This document shows, in pieces, positions 51,776 to 58,852 of a stretch of 58,852 nt of DNA; position 1 is the stretch's first letter; each line of letters begins with the position of its first letter. This DNA is from Patescibacteria group bacterium (GTDB taxonomy: Bacteria; Patescibacteriota; Minisyncoccia; Phycocordibacterales; Phycocordibacteraceae). The stretch is from the NCBI GenBank assembly GCA_028866135.1, contig JAGWIS010000002.1, forward strand, positions 1 through 58,852. The letters run 5' to 3'. Below the pieces are notes generated by a model that saw only the letters and a list, made by a program, of their open reading frames with translations, was not told the DNA's origin and made no database searches. The position numbers were made by a program, and so were the translations under genes.

Positions 51776-52387
51776 ATGACGCCCATTCTGATTTCCTGGC
51801 CAACGCTTGTCGTTCTGGAGGCGATGGTCGTGCTTCAGGGACTTCTCGCCTATCGTGATGGATTTTTCTTTCCATCACAAATGTTGGAGCGTACCAAGGC
51901 GGGCTTGTCCTTTATCGAGCACGCCGGCATGTGGGCCGATCTGATTGTGCTTTCTCCGCTCCTTGCGATCATCGTGGCCTATCGGGGCGAAGAATGGTCG
52001 CTGGCCGACATTATGATCGCCGGCGTCTTTGGTCTCGCGGTGAGCGTGGGGATGCATGAGCAGTACAAGCAGATTCCGTGGCCGGAGGCGCATGTGCAAA
52101 ACGGGGGGCTGACCCTTGTGGGGTGGATTCACGTGGTGTACATGGCCGTGGCGGTCGGGAAGCTCGGGCTCTATTTCCTCAGCGGAGAGTACACATCGTA
52201 CATGTGGTGGGTCTCTCTCGTGGTCGTGGGTATCGTCTTTGTCGGCAACCACATGCTCTTCGGCTCCAATCCTCCGGAACACTATCCTGGACGGCCGATC
52301 GAGAATGTGGGCGGATGGCTCGCCATCGCGGGGACGGCGGGGTTGACTTTCGGGGCAACCACCCTCCGCTACTTCAGGGTTTTCTAG
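51776..52387 (+). CDS. Hypothetical polytopic membrane protein
   Basis: AAGGAGGTG Shine-Dalgarno site before the ATG at 51776; about 6 transmembrane segments. No motif was recognised. Confidence 0.6.
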   Translation: MTPILISWPTLVVLEAMVVLQGLLAYRDGFFFPSQMLERTKAGLSFIEHAGMWADLIVLSPLLAIIVAYRGEEWSLADIMIAGVFGLAVSVGMHEQYKQIPWPEAHVQNGGLTLVGWIHVVYMAVAVGKLGLYFLSGEYTSYMWWVSLVVVGIVFVGNHMLFGSNPPEHYPGRPIENVGGWLAIAGTAGLTFGATTLRYFRVF

Positions 52388-52471
52388 CTTCCAGCTCCTT
52401 TGTTTTACAGGGCCGCACAAACCATCGGGGTTTGTGCGGCCTCTTCCTTTTAGGTACTATCTCAATACGAT

Positions 52472-53215
52472 ATGAAAATCAGTTTCGTCATCCCGGCCTA
52501 CAACGAGGAAAAGCGTTTGCCGCAATGCTTGGCGGCAGTTGAAAGCGAGCTCGCGCGCACGCCGTGCGATGCGGAAGTCATCGTCGTCAATAATGCGAGC
52601 ACCGACCATACGGGCGAAGTGGCTCGCAGCTACTCGTGGGTGCGCACCGTCGACGAGCCGAGGAAGGGCCTCGTGCGCGCGCGCCACGCCGGACTTGAGG
52701 CGGCCACGGGCGACATCATCGCGAATGTGGACTCCGATACGATGCTACCCGAGGGATGGCTCCAGACGGTGCTCAATGAATTTTCAAAAGACGACAATCT
52801 TGCGGCCCTGAGCGGCCCGTTCATTTACCATGATCTCTCGCTGTTCCATCGCGCCCTCACGCGCCTCTTCTACACCGCCGGGTATCTTTCGTACCTGGTG
52901 AATCACTACGTCTTTCGTTCGGGCGCGATGCTCCAGGGCGGCAATTTCATTGTGCGCCGAAAGCATCTCGAACAAGTGGGCGGATTCGACACCACGATAG
53001 AGTTCTACGGCGAAGACACGGACGTGGCGCGCCGCATCAGCAAAGCAGGAAAGGTGAAGTGGACGTTTAAATTGCCGATGTACGCTTCCGGTCGCCGGCT
53101 CAAACACGAAGGAATCGTTACCTCGGGGCTTCGCTATGCCGGCAACTACCTCCACGTCCTTCTCTACGGCAAGCCGCTCACGGAAACCTACACCGACATC
53201 CGCGTGAACGAGTAG
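52472..53215 (+). CDS. Family 2 glycosyltransferase
   Basis: ISFVIPAYNEE, NNASTD, the acidic motif VDSDT, and GGNF..RR. Confidence 0.88.
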   Translation: MKISFVIPAYNEEKRLPQCLAAVESELARTPCDAEVIVVNNASTDHTGEVARSYSWVRTVDEPRKGLVRARHAGLEAATGDIIANVDSDTMLPEGWLQTVLNEFSKDDNLAALSGPFIYHDLSLFHRALTRLFYTAGYLSYLVNHYVFRSGAMLQGGNFIVRRKHLEQVGGFDTTIEFYGEDTDVARRISKAGKVKWTFKLPMYASGRRLKHEGIVTSGLRYAGNYLHVLLYGKPLTETYTDIRVNE

Positions 53216-53246
53216 AACCCATTTCAAAAATCTGAGCGAAGCGAGC

Positions 53247-53341
53247 GGTATGTCGTGGGAAAGGGCTCTCGGAGCCCGACGGGGCGAGAGCGAGCCGCTT
53301 TTTCAGCAGAAAAAGACGGCGTACCTTTCACGCGACATACC
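53247..53341. repeat. About 95-nt long-hairpin repeat between GT2 and trxB
   Basis: Arms GGTATGTCGTGGGAAAGG / CCTTTCACGCGACATACC with a centre of TTTTTCAGCAGAAAAA, also seen (reverse complement) at 35507-35613. Confidence 0.6.
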
Positions 53342-53363
53342 CGAGCGGAGGTTGAAATGAGCT

Positions 53364-54287
53364 CTAACGCTTTTTGATCCAGAGATAGATGTCTTCTAGC
53401 GCCTTCACGCCGTCTCCGGCGGCGATGTTGTTCTGGTGGTAGAGCTCGTCGGTCGCGTCTCCCGCAGCCCAAATGCCCTCGACGCTCGTGCGCTGATTGC
53501 GCGGGTCAGCCTTGATGCGCTTTACGGCATCAAGCTCTACGAGTCCTTCGACGAACCCGGTATTTGGAATGACGCCTGCTTCGACGAATACGCCCGAGAC
53601 CGGAATTTCTTTTATCTCCCCGGAATCTTTATCTTTGTATTTGAGGCCGGTGACGAACTGCTCGCCCACGACTTCGGTCGGTTCGGCGTGCCGGATAATG
53701 CGCATATTAGGATGCGCACTCGCTTTTTCAACAGTCACTGGGTCCGCTTTGAACTCCTGATGCCGGTGGATGAGCGTCACTGATTTCGCATACGCCAGAA
53801 GCTGGAGCGCGGTCTCGAAACCGGCGTTTCCGCCGCCCACCACCGCGACGTCCATCCCGCCGAAAAGCGGGCCGTCGCAAGACGCGCAGTACGTGACGCC
53901 CTTGTTCTCGAAGAGCTGCGCGCCCGGCACGTCGAGCTTCCGGCGCCCTGCGCCCGAGGCGATGAGCACCGCTTTCGCGGTGAACGCCTTTCCCTTTTTC
54001 GTTTCCGCTGCAAATCCCTCCGCGGTCTTTTGAAGAGACACGACCCGCTCGCCGAGCTCAAGCGCGACCACGTGTCCTTTCACCGCTTCAAGATGCGCTT
54101 TAAATGCTTTTGCGAGATCAGCGCCGCTTATCTTTGGCGATCCGATCCAGTTCTCGATGCCCTCGGAGACGCTCGATTGCCCGCCGATCTCCTCTGTGAT
54201 GAGGACTGCGCGCAGGCGCTTGCGCGCAGCGTACACTGCGGCGGCAATGCCGGCCGGCCCTCCGCCGATGATGATGAGGTCGTACAT
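53364..54287 (-). CDS. trxB: Thioredoxin-disulfide reductase
   Basis: YDLIIIGGGPAGIAAAVYAAR, redox-active CASCDG, VVGGGNAGFE and GDATD motifs. Start taken at the ATG at 54287. Confidence 0.92.
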   Translation of the reverse strand: MYDLIIIGGGPAGIAAAVYAARKRLRAVLITEEIGGQSSVSEGIENWIGSPKISGADLAKAFKAHLEAVKGHVVALELGERVVSLQKTAEGFAAETKKGKAFTAKAVLIASGAGRRKLDVPGAQLFENKGVTYCASCDGPLFGGMDVAVVGGGNAGFETALQLLAYAKSVTLIHRHQEFKADPVTVEKASAHPNMRIIRHAEPTEVVGEQFVTGLKYKDKDSGEIKEIPVSGVFVEAGVIPNTGFVEGLVELDAVKRIKADPRNQRTSVEGIWAAGDATDELYHQNNIAAGDGVKALEDIYLWIKKR

Positions 54288-54496
54288 AGGGACAGTATGT
54301 CGTATATAGTCGACAACAGAAAGACATTGACAAATGATAATGAGTATGCTAGCATATATTCGTAGTTCTTTGAAAGGTTCAGAACTCATGAGACGAGCTT
54401 TTTATGGCTTATTCGTTAGGCCCTAGCAAGCTCGTCTCATCAGAGATCAGTCGCCGTCCCGACGAATCGGGCATCAACCACATGTGGAGGTATGCG

Positions 54497-55264
54497 ATGG
54501 AGACCATCGTGAGCCGCACCTTGTCGGTACACAAGGAACACGAAGTCCTTCTCAAGCTCGAAGCGGCCGGTCTGTGCGACGATCTTGCACAGAAGGTCAT
54601 CGACTCGAAGGAAAACGCCCTGGCGCAAAAGGTGATCCGCCTGATCGCCAATGGCGGCTTCGAGCCGTCGACGAGCCAGAAGCGCGCCCGTGAGATCATG
54701 GGCAAGAACTTCTTCGGCGTCGAGGAAGCGATCAAGCACTTCGGGGTCAACCCCTCGAAGCAGCAGAGCGCCTACCTCGCCGAGGTTCCGTTCTCGAAAG
54801 CCGTTCTCGAGGCGTGCAAGAATACACACGTTCTCGTCGCGGTGTTCCCGCTCTCGATCCTCGACATCCGGGGCAAGGTCGACCGCAGGATCTTCTCCTC
54901 CCACGAGGACTCCTGGTACAACAATCAGGCGTTCGCGAAGGAGAAGGGCGAGATCGGTTGGCAGCTCGTCCGCAAGACGCCGGTCGAAAATTCCACCAAC
55001 AAGACGTGGAACGGCCAGCAGACGTTGCTGTCGAAGGACGACGAGACGCCGAAGGCGCAGGTGGCCGTCTACACGATCATCGGCCACTTCCTGGCGACCG
55101 GCGAGCGCCTGTTCGAGAACATTTACGTCAGGTGTTCCGATTTCGACTCGGATGTCCCTCACGTCATCGTCGGCCACTTCGACGCCGAGGGTCTCAATGT
55201 CAACTACAACTGGGACGATAGCCGCCACGATAACCTCGGTGTGGCCTCTGCCCGGAAGTCCTGA
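54497..55264 (+). CDS. Hypothetical protein with an N/D/R-rich C-terminus ending ...NYNWDDSRHDNLGVASARKS
   Basis: GGAGGT Shine-Dalgarno site 6 nt before the ATG at 54497; host-like codon bias. No family was recognised with confidence. Confidence 0.6.
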   Translation: METIVSRTLSVHKEHEVLLKLEAAGLCDDLAQKVIDSKENALAQKVIRLIANGGFEPSTSQKRAREIMGKNFFGVEEAIKHFGVNPSKQQSAYLAEVPFSKAVLEACKNTHVLVAVFPLSILDIRGKVDRRIFSSHEDSWYNNQAFAKEKGEIGWQLVRKTPVENSTNKTWNGQQTLLSKDDETPKAQVAVYTIIGHFLATGERLFENIYVRCSDFDSDVPHVIVGHFDAEGLNVNYNWDDSRHDNLGVASARKS

Positions 55265-55325
55265 ACCTTGAATTCTTGAGGGCTTGTCCCTCTTGATTCC
55301 TTGAGCCCTCGCGCAAATTTTTTAG

Positions 55326-55643
55326 CGCGGGGGCTCTTTGTTTTTGCGTGCGCGGCTCGCGTTATCGCTACACCCGGATAAAGTATTCATACGCAAATAT
55401 CGCCAGGGCATAGATTTCCTTGGGTATGTGGCATTGTCGCAACACACCAGAGTACGCCGGAAGACAAAACGGCGGATGTTCCGTAAGCTACGCGGCAGAG
55501 TGAAAGATTTCAGGGCGGGACTAATCGGCGAGGTAACGCTATTTTCATCCCTCAACTCGTATCTCAGCGTGTTGGCTCATGCGGACGCATACGAAGTCGC
55601 CGAAGAGCTTAAGAATCAATTTTGGTTTTGGATGAAAGAATAA
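55326..55643 (+). pseudogene. 5'-truncated reverse transcriptase remnant; only the C-terminal palm/thumb part remains
   Basis: LSLHPDKVFIRKYRQGIDFLGYV (RT motif 7 region), a basic RRKTKRRMFRKLR stretch, and ...SYLSVLAHADAY. The frame opens only 12 nt before the TTG at 55338, and no RT motifs 1-5 lie upstream. Confidence 0.6.
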
Positions 55644-55654
55644 CTGACAATTTC

Positions 55655-56902
55655 CTACTTTTTGTGTCTGCGCAGGAATGCCGGAATTGCGCCCCAGGCC
55701 TCCTCGTCTTCTGGCGCGGGCGTCGCGCTCTCGCGTTTCTGGGGAGTGGCGGTCACGATCGGCTCTTCCTTCTCTTCCTTATGCGAATCGCCTTTCGCAG
55801 AAACTGCTTTTTCCGCTTTCAGTTCAGGCTCATCGCGCTTCAAGATGTCGTGATAGATGCGGCCGCGCTCTTCCTCGCGCTTCTCGGCGGGTACGGAAAA
55901 GAGCGAGCGTTCGAAACCTCCTGGCGCCGAGTGGTGCGCAGCGCTCTCGGGGAAGCCGGTCGCGATGACGATGATGCGGATCTGGCCCTTCTTGAGCTTC
56001 TCGTCGCGCATGATGCCGAAGATGACCTTCGCATTCTTGTCGACGGACTCGTTGATGACTTTCGCGGCTTCCTGCACTTCCATGATGCCGAGATCGTCGG
56101 AACCGGCGACGACGAAGAGGATGCCTTTCGCGCCCGAGATGGAGACGTCGAGGAGCGGGGAATTGACCGCCCGAGTGGCGGCTTCCTTGGCGCGCTCGTC
56201 GCCCTCGGCGATGCCGATGCCCATGAGCGCCGGGCCGGCACCCTCCATGATGGCCTTGATGTCATTGAAGTCAGTGTTGATGTCGCCCGGCATCGTGATG
56301 ATGTCGGAGACGCCCTCGACCGCCTGGCGCAGGATCTCGTCGCACATCGCGAAGGCGCTCTTCGCGGAGGTCTCTTTATTCACGATGGAGAGCAGCTTGT
56401 CGTTCGGGATGACGATGAACGCGTCCACTTCTTTCTTGAGTTCGGCGAGCCCGCGCTCGGCGATGTCTCTGCGCTGCGCGCCCTCGAAAGAGAAGGGCTT
56501 CGTCACGACCGCGATGACGAGTGCGCCGACTTCCTTCGCCATCTTCGCGACGACGGCCGCCGCGCCGGTGCCGGTGCCGCCGCCCATGCCGCAGGTGATG
56601 AAGACCATGTCGCTTCCGGCGAGCGCTTCCTGGATTTCCTGTCGAGTCTCTTCTGCCGCGCGTTTGCCGAGCTCCGGATTCATGCCCGTGCCGAGTCCGC
56701 GGGTGAGATTCTTGCCGATATGGATCTTGCGCTTCGCAAGAGAGCGGTGGAGGTCCTGCGCGTCGGAGTTGATGGCGATGAATTCCACCCCGCGCACCTT
56801 CGAGGAGATCATGTGGTTGATGGCATTCTTGCCCGAGCCGCCCACGCCGACGACGCGGATCCGTGCGAATGTCTCGACTTCCGGCTCAACGCGCTTTGAC
56901 AT
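55655..56902 (-). CDS. ftsZ: Cell division protein FtsZ
   Basis: GVGGSGKNAINHM and the tubulin signature GMGGGTGTGAAAVVA; 415 aa. Confidence 0.95.
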   Translation of the reverse strand: MSKRVEPEVETFARIRVVGVGGSGKNAINHMISSKVRGVEFIAINSDAQDLHRSLAKRKIHIGKNLTRGLGTGMNPELGKRAAEETRQEIQEALAGSDMVFITCGMGGGTGTGAAAVVAKMAKEVGALVIAVVTKPFSFEGAQRRDIAERGLAELKKEVDAFIVIPNDKLLSIVNKETSAKSAFAMCDEILRQAVEGVSDIITMPGDINTDFNDIKAIMEGAGPALMGIGIAEGDERAKEAATRAVNSPLLDVSISGAKGILFVVAGSDDLGIMEVQEAAKVINESVDKNAKVIFGIMRDEKLKKGQIRIIVIATGFPESAAHHSAPGGFERSLFSVPAEKREEERGRIYHDILKRDEPELKAEKAVSAKGDSHKEEKEEPIVTATPQKRESATPAPEDEEAWGAIPAFLRRHKK

Positions 56903-57022
56903 AGATAGCCGCTATCATAGCAGAACCGAAAACTATGCAAATCTTGACAGCGTTCATTAAAATGTCTTAGGGCTAAATCAATTTTGCTGCAACATTGATC
57001 GCCCGAACACGCGAAGCGTGTT

Positions 57023-58183
57023 CTAGGGAAGGAATTGCTGGAAAAACTTTCCGAAAAACGCACGCATGCTTTTCTTCGGCGCGGTGGTGTCGCCGGTGAG
57101 GCCCCAGAGCGCGAGGCCGTATGCGACGGCCCATGTCGCATCGCGGATTTTCGTGTCGGAGGAGAGACGGAACTCCGCAAGCCGTGCCGGAAGCTTCAGC
57201 GATCCTTTCGCGATGTCGCTAATTGATCCCACGCCCGCGCCGCCGCCCGAGATGATGATGCCGGCGGGCAAGGGGCCGCGGCGCCCGAGGGATTTCAAGT
57301 GCTTGTCGATGAGCGCAAACATCATGTTGAGCCGGCTCGCGATGAGGTCGTCGACTTTCTTGCGCGAATACATCTGTCCGGAGAGCCGGCCGAGCTTCAC
57401 GCGCTCTGCTTCCTCGAGCGAGATGCGGAATCCAAGCGCGATGTCGTCGGTGATGTGGCTTGAGCCGATCGGGAACACTTTTACGGAGATGGGAATGCCC
57501 TCGTCGTAGACGACGATGGAGACCGTCTCGGCGCCGATGTTTGCAAGCACGCAGCCTTTCATCTTCTGGTCGCCCTCAAGCAGGACGTAGGAGCCCGCGA
57601 GCGGGGAAGCCATCTGATCGATGATTTCAATGTCGGTGTCCTCGACCGCTTTCGCGAGCGCTTCCTCGTGCTGGGCGAGGCAGGTGATGAAGAGATAGTC
57701 GGCTTCGAGGCGGACGCCCTTCATGCCGATGGGGTCGCCGAGCACTTTGGTGCCGTCCACGCGATATTCGACGGGGATGCTGTGGAGCACGTGGCGATTG
57801 AGGAATCCGGGCGCGGCCGCTTCGCGCGCGGCTTTCGCCGCCTTCTCGAGATCGAGCGTTGTGATCTCCTGGTCGGCGCGAGAAATGATGGCGAAGCCGG
57901 TTGCGCGCGCTTCATCAAGGGAGATTCCGCCGACCGCGAGGAATCCGGCCTTCAGTGGGACGCGCGCCGCCGCCTCCGCCTGGCGCTTCGCTTCGCGTAT
58001 GCTCGCGGAGACTTCCTCAGTATTGACGATGTAGCCGTGGCGCAGTCCCTTTGACTCCGCGAGGCCCGTGCCGAGTATGCGCACCTGCCGGGCGCCCGAG
58101 CGCTTATCCGAGAGTTCCTCGATGACGACTATCTTTACCTGGTAGGTCCCGATGTCGATGCCGGTGGCTATGCGTCGTTTCAT
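57023..58183 (-). CDS. ftsA: Cell division protein FtsA
   Basis: Actin-like ATPase motifs GIDIGTYQVKIVV, ANIGAETVSIVVY and IISGGGAG. Located upstream of ftsZ. Confidence 0.93.
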   Translation of the reverse strand: MKRRIATGIDIGTYQVKIVVIEELSDKRSGARQVRILGTGLAESKGLRHGYIVNTEEVSASIREAKRQAEAAARVPLKAGFLAVGGISLDEARATGFAIISRADQEITTLDLEKAAKAAREAAAPGFLNRHVLHSIPVEYRVDGTKVLGDPIGMKGVRLEADYLFITCLAQHEEALAKAVEDTDIEIIDQMASPLAGSYVLLEGDQKMKGCVLANIGAETVSIVVYDEGIPISVKVFPIGSSHITDDIALGFRISLEEAERVKLGRLSGQMYSRKKVDDLIASRLNMMFALIDKHLKSLGRRGPLPAGIIISGGGAGVGSISDIAKGSLKLPARLAEFRLSSDTKIRDATWAVAYGLALWGLTGDTTAPKKSMRAFFGKFFQQFLP

Positions 58184-58583
58184 TTAGATAATCGCGGACA
58201 TTCCCCTTGGCGAATCGTGCCAAGAGCGTTCGTTCGCATTTCTCCATCCTAGCACCATGCGCCCATCCCTTCAGGTGGAGTGTGCCGTGGATAAATAGGT
58301 ACAAGATAAAGGTTCGCGTGCTCATGCCGTATGCAGGGGCCTGCTTCTTTGCCTCGCTCGGGCAAATGATGATTTCGCCACTCTTGTTTTCGAGAGCGTA
58401 GGAGAGGACGTTTGGTACGTACGACTTTCCGCGAAGTTTTTTGTTGAGCGCGCGTGCTTTCGCAGGAGTGACGAAGACGAGCGAGAGATCCCATCCGGGA
58501 AGCACGCTCTTCGCGATTGCCGCATACGCAAAACGCGGCACACCGCCCCGCCGCGTCAGATTTTGTATTGAGACGCCCACCAT
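58104..58583 (-). CDS. ybeY: rRNA maturation RNase YbeY
   Basis: Zinc motif HGTLHLKGWAH (HGxLHLxGxxH). Start at MVGVS, 4 nt after the rpsU stop. The 3' end overlaps ftsA by 80 nt. Confidence 0.85.
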   Translation of the reverse strand: MVGVSIQNLTRRGGVPRFAYAAIAKSVLPGWDLSLVFVTPAKARALNKKLRGKSYVPNVLSYALENKSGEIIICPSEAKKQAPAYGMSTRTFILYLFIHGTLHLKGWAHGARMEKCERTLLARFAKGNVRDYLNETTHSHRHRHRDLPGKDSRHRGTLG

Positions 58584-58587
58584 CCCT

Positions 58588-58852
58588 CTAGCGCTTGCCG
58601 CCCTTGCCCCGCGCATTTCTTTTTGCAGCAGGATCTATCTTGCCGAGCTTCACCAACTCGTTGTAGGTCTCGCGGCGGACTTTGGAGATGAGTGCGCGCT
58701 TGTGGCCGACGTTCTTGGATTTGACGCGCTGCCAGTAGCGATTATTGCGCACGGCGCGCACGAGGCCGAGCCCCTGCGCTCTGCGGGTAAAGCGGCGGAT
58801 GAGCGCGGCCGAACTTTCGTTCTTCCCGCGTCGAACTTCGACTCGTGTGCCT
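58588..58852 (-). CDS. rpsU: 30S ribosomal protein S21 (partial; the 5' end lies outside the window)
   Basis: The minus-strand frame reads ...VEVRRGKNESSAALIRRFTRRAQGLGLVRAVRNNRYWQRVKSKNVGHKRALISKVRRETYNELVKLGKIDPAAKRNARGKGGKR-TAG. It is absent from the ORF track because it has no in-window start. Confidence 0.8.
   Translation of the reverse strand, partial: GTRVEVRRGKNESSAALIRRFTRRAQGLGLVRAVRNNRYWQRVKSKNVGHKRALISKVRRETYNELVKLGKIDPAAKRNARGKGGKR

Noticed and set aside
50799-51878. 359-aa version of the transposase ORF
   Set aside because: The first 71 codons lie outside the inverted repeat that defines the IS end and overlap the neighbouring membrane-protein gene. The start was moved to the ATG at 51665.
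53364-54389. 341-aa version of TrxB with a 34-residue N-terminal extension
   Set aside because: The canonical FAD-binding N-terminus MYDLIIIGGGPAG begins at the ATG at 54287. The extension is hydrophobic junk within the promoter region.
58104-58852. Apparent single ORF fusing ribosomal protein S21 to YbeY
   Set aside because: Recounting the T-run at 58617-58624 showed that the S21 frame ends at a TAG (58588-58590). It is offset by one base from the YbeY frame, which starts at 58583. These are two adjacent genes, not a fusion.

Overview
This 58.9-kb, high-GC bacterial window is mostly housekeeping genes: typA, pyrE, smpB with tmRNA, ftsH, recG, malic enzyme, lemA and htpX, class II RNR, RNase P RNA, murJ, lepA, valS, tsaD, rRNA/tRNA methyltransferases, trxB and the rpsU-ybeY-ftsA-ftsZ cluster. 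It also holds nine tRNA genes. The gene content suggests a reduced Patescibacteria/CPR-like genome: many small GIY-YIG ORFs, a 23S-IVS four-helix-bundle gene, a free-standing LAGLIDADG gene, a compact ValRS, and O-antigen-ligase/TPR and GT2 genes. This attribution is inference only. All calls come from reading motifs in the supplied translations and the DNA; no database search was run.

The most unusual observations are these:
1. The RNase P RNA gene is about 850 nt long. Its P3 hairpin holds a 278-nt element with perfect 13-nt terminal inverted repeats that encodes a GIY-YIG protein. Three other helices are 96-nt hairpins with nearly the same termini.
2. A second GIY-YIG element, also with terminal inverted repeats, abuts the tmRNA 5' end, and a 61-nt partial copy lies inside the tmRNA. 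A third GIY-YIG gene follows tRNA-Phe.
3. An AT-richer island next to tRNA-Ser(GGA) carries a LAGLIDADG gene, a ParB-domain DNA methyltransferase, and an overlapping Dcm plus GHKL-ATPase pair. The ATPase ends in an Rx4H (HEPN-like) motif, so this pair is a candidate modification-dependent defence module.
4. Palindromic repeats are inserted in frame into recG and tsaD.
5. A 5'-truncated reverse-transcriptase remnant sits next to a gene with a lectin-like C-terminus, which may be a decayed diversity-generating retroelement.
6. A compact IS481-like element has clear inverted repeats and a 5-bp target duplication.

Many long ORFs antisense to real genes are high-GC shadow ORFs and were ignored.
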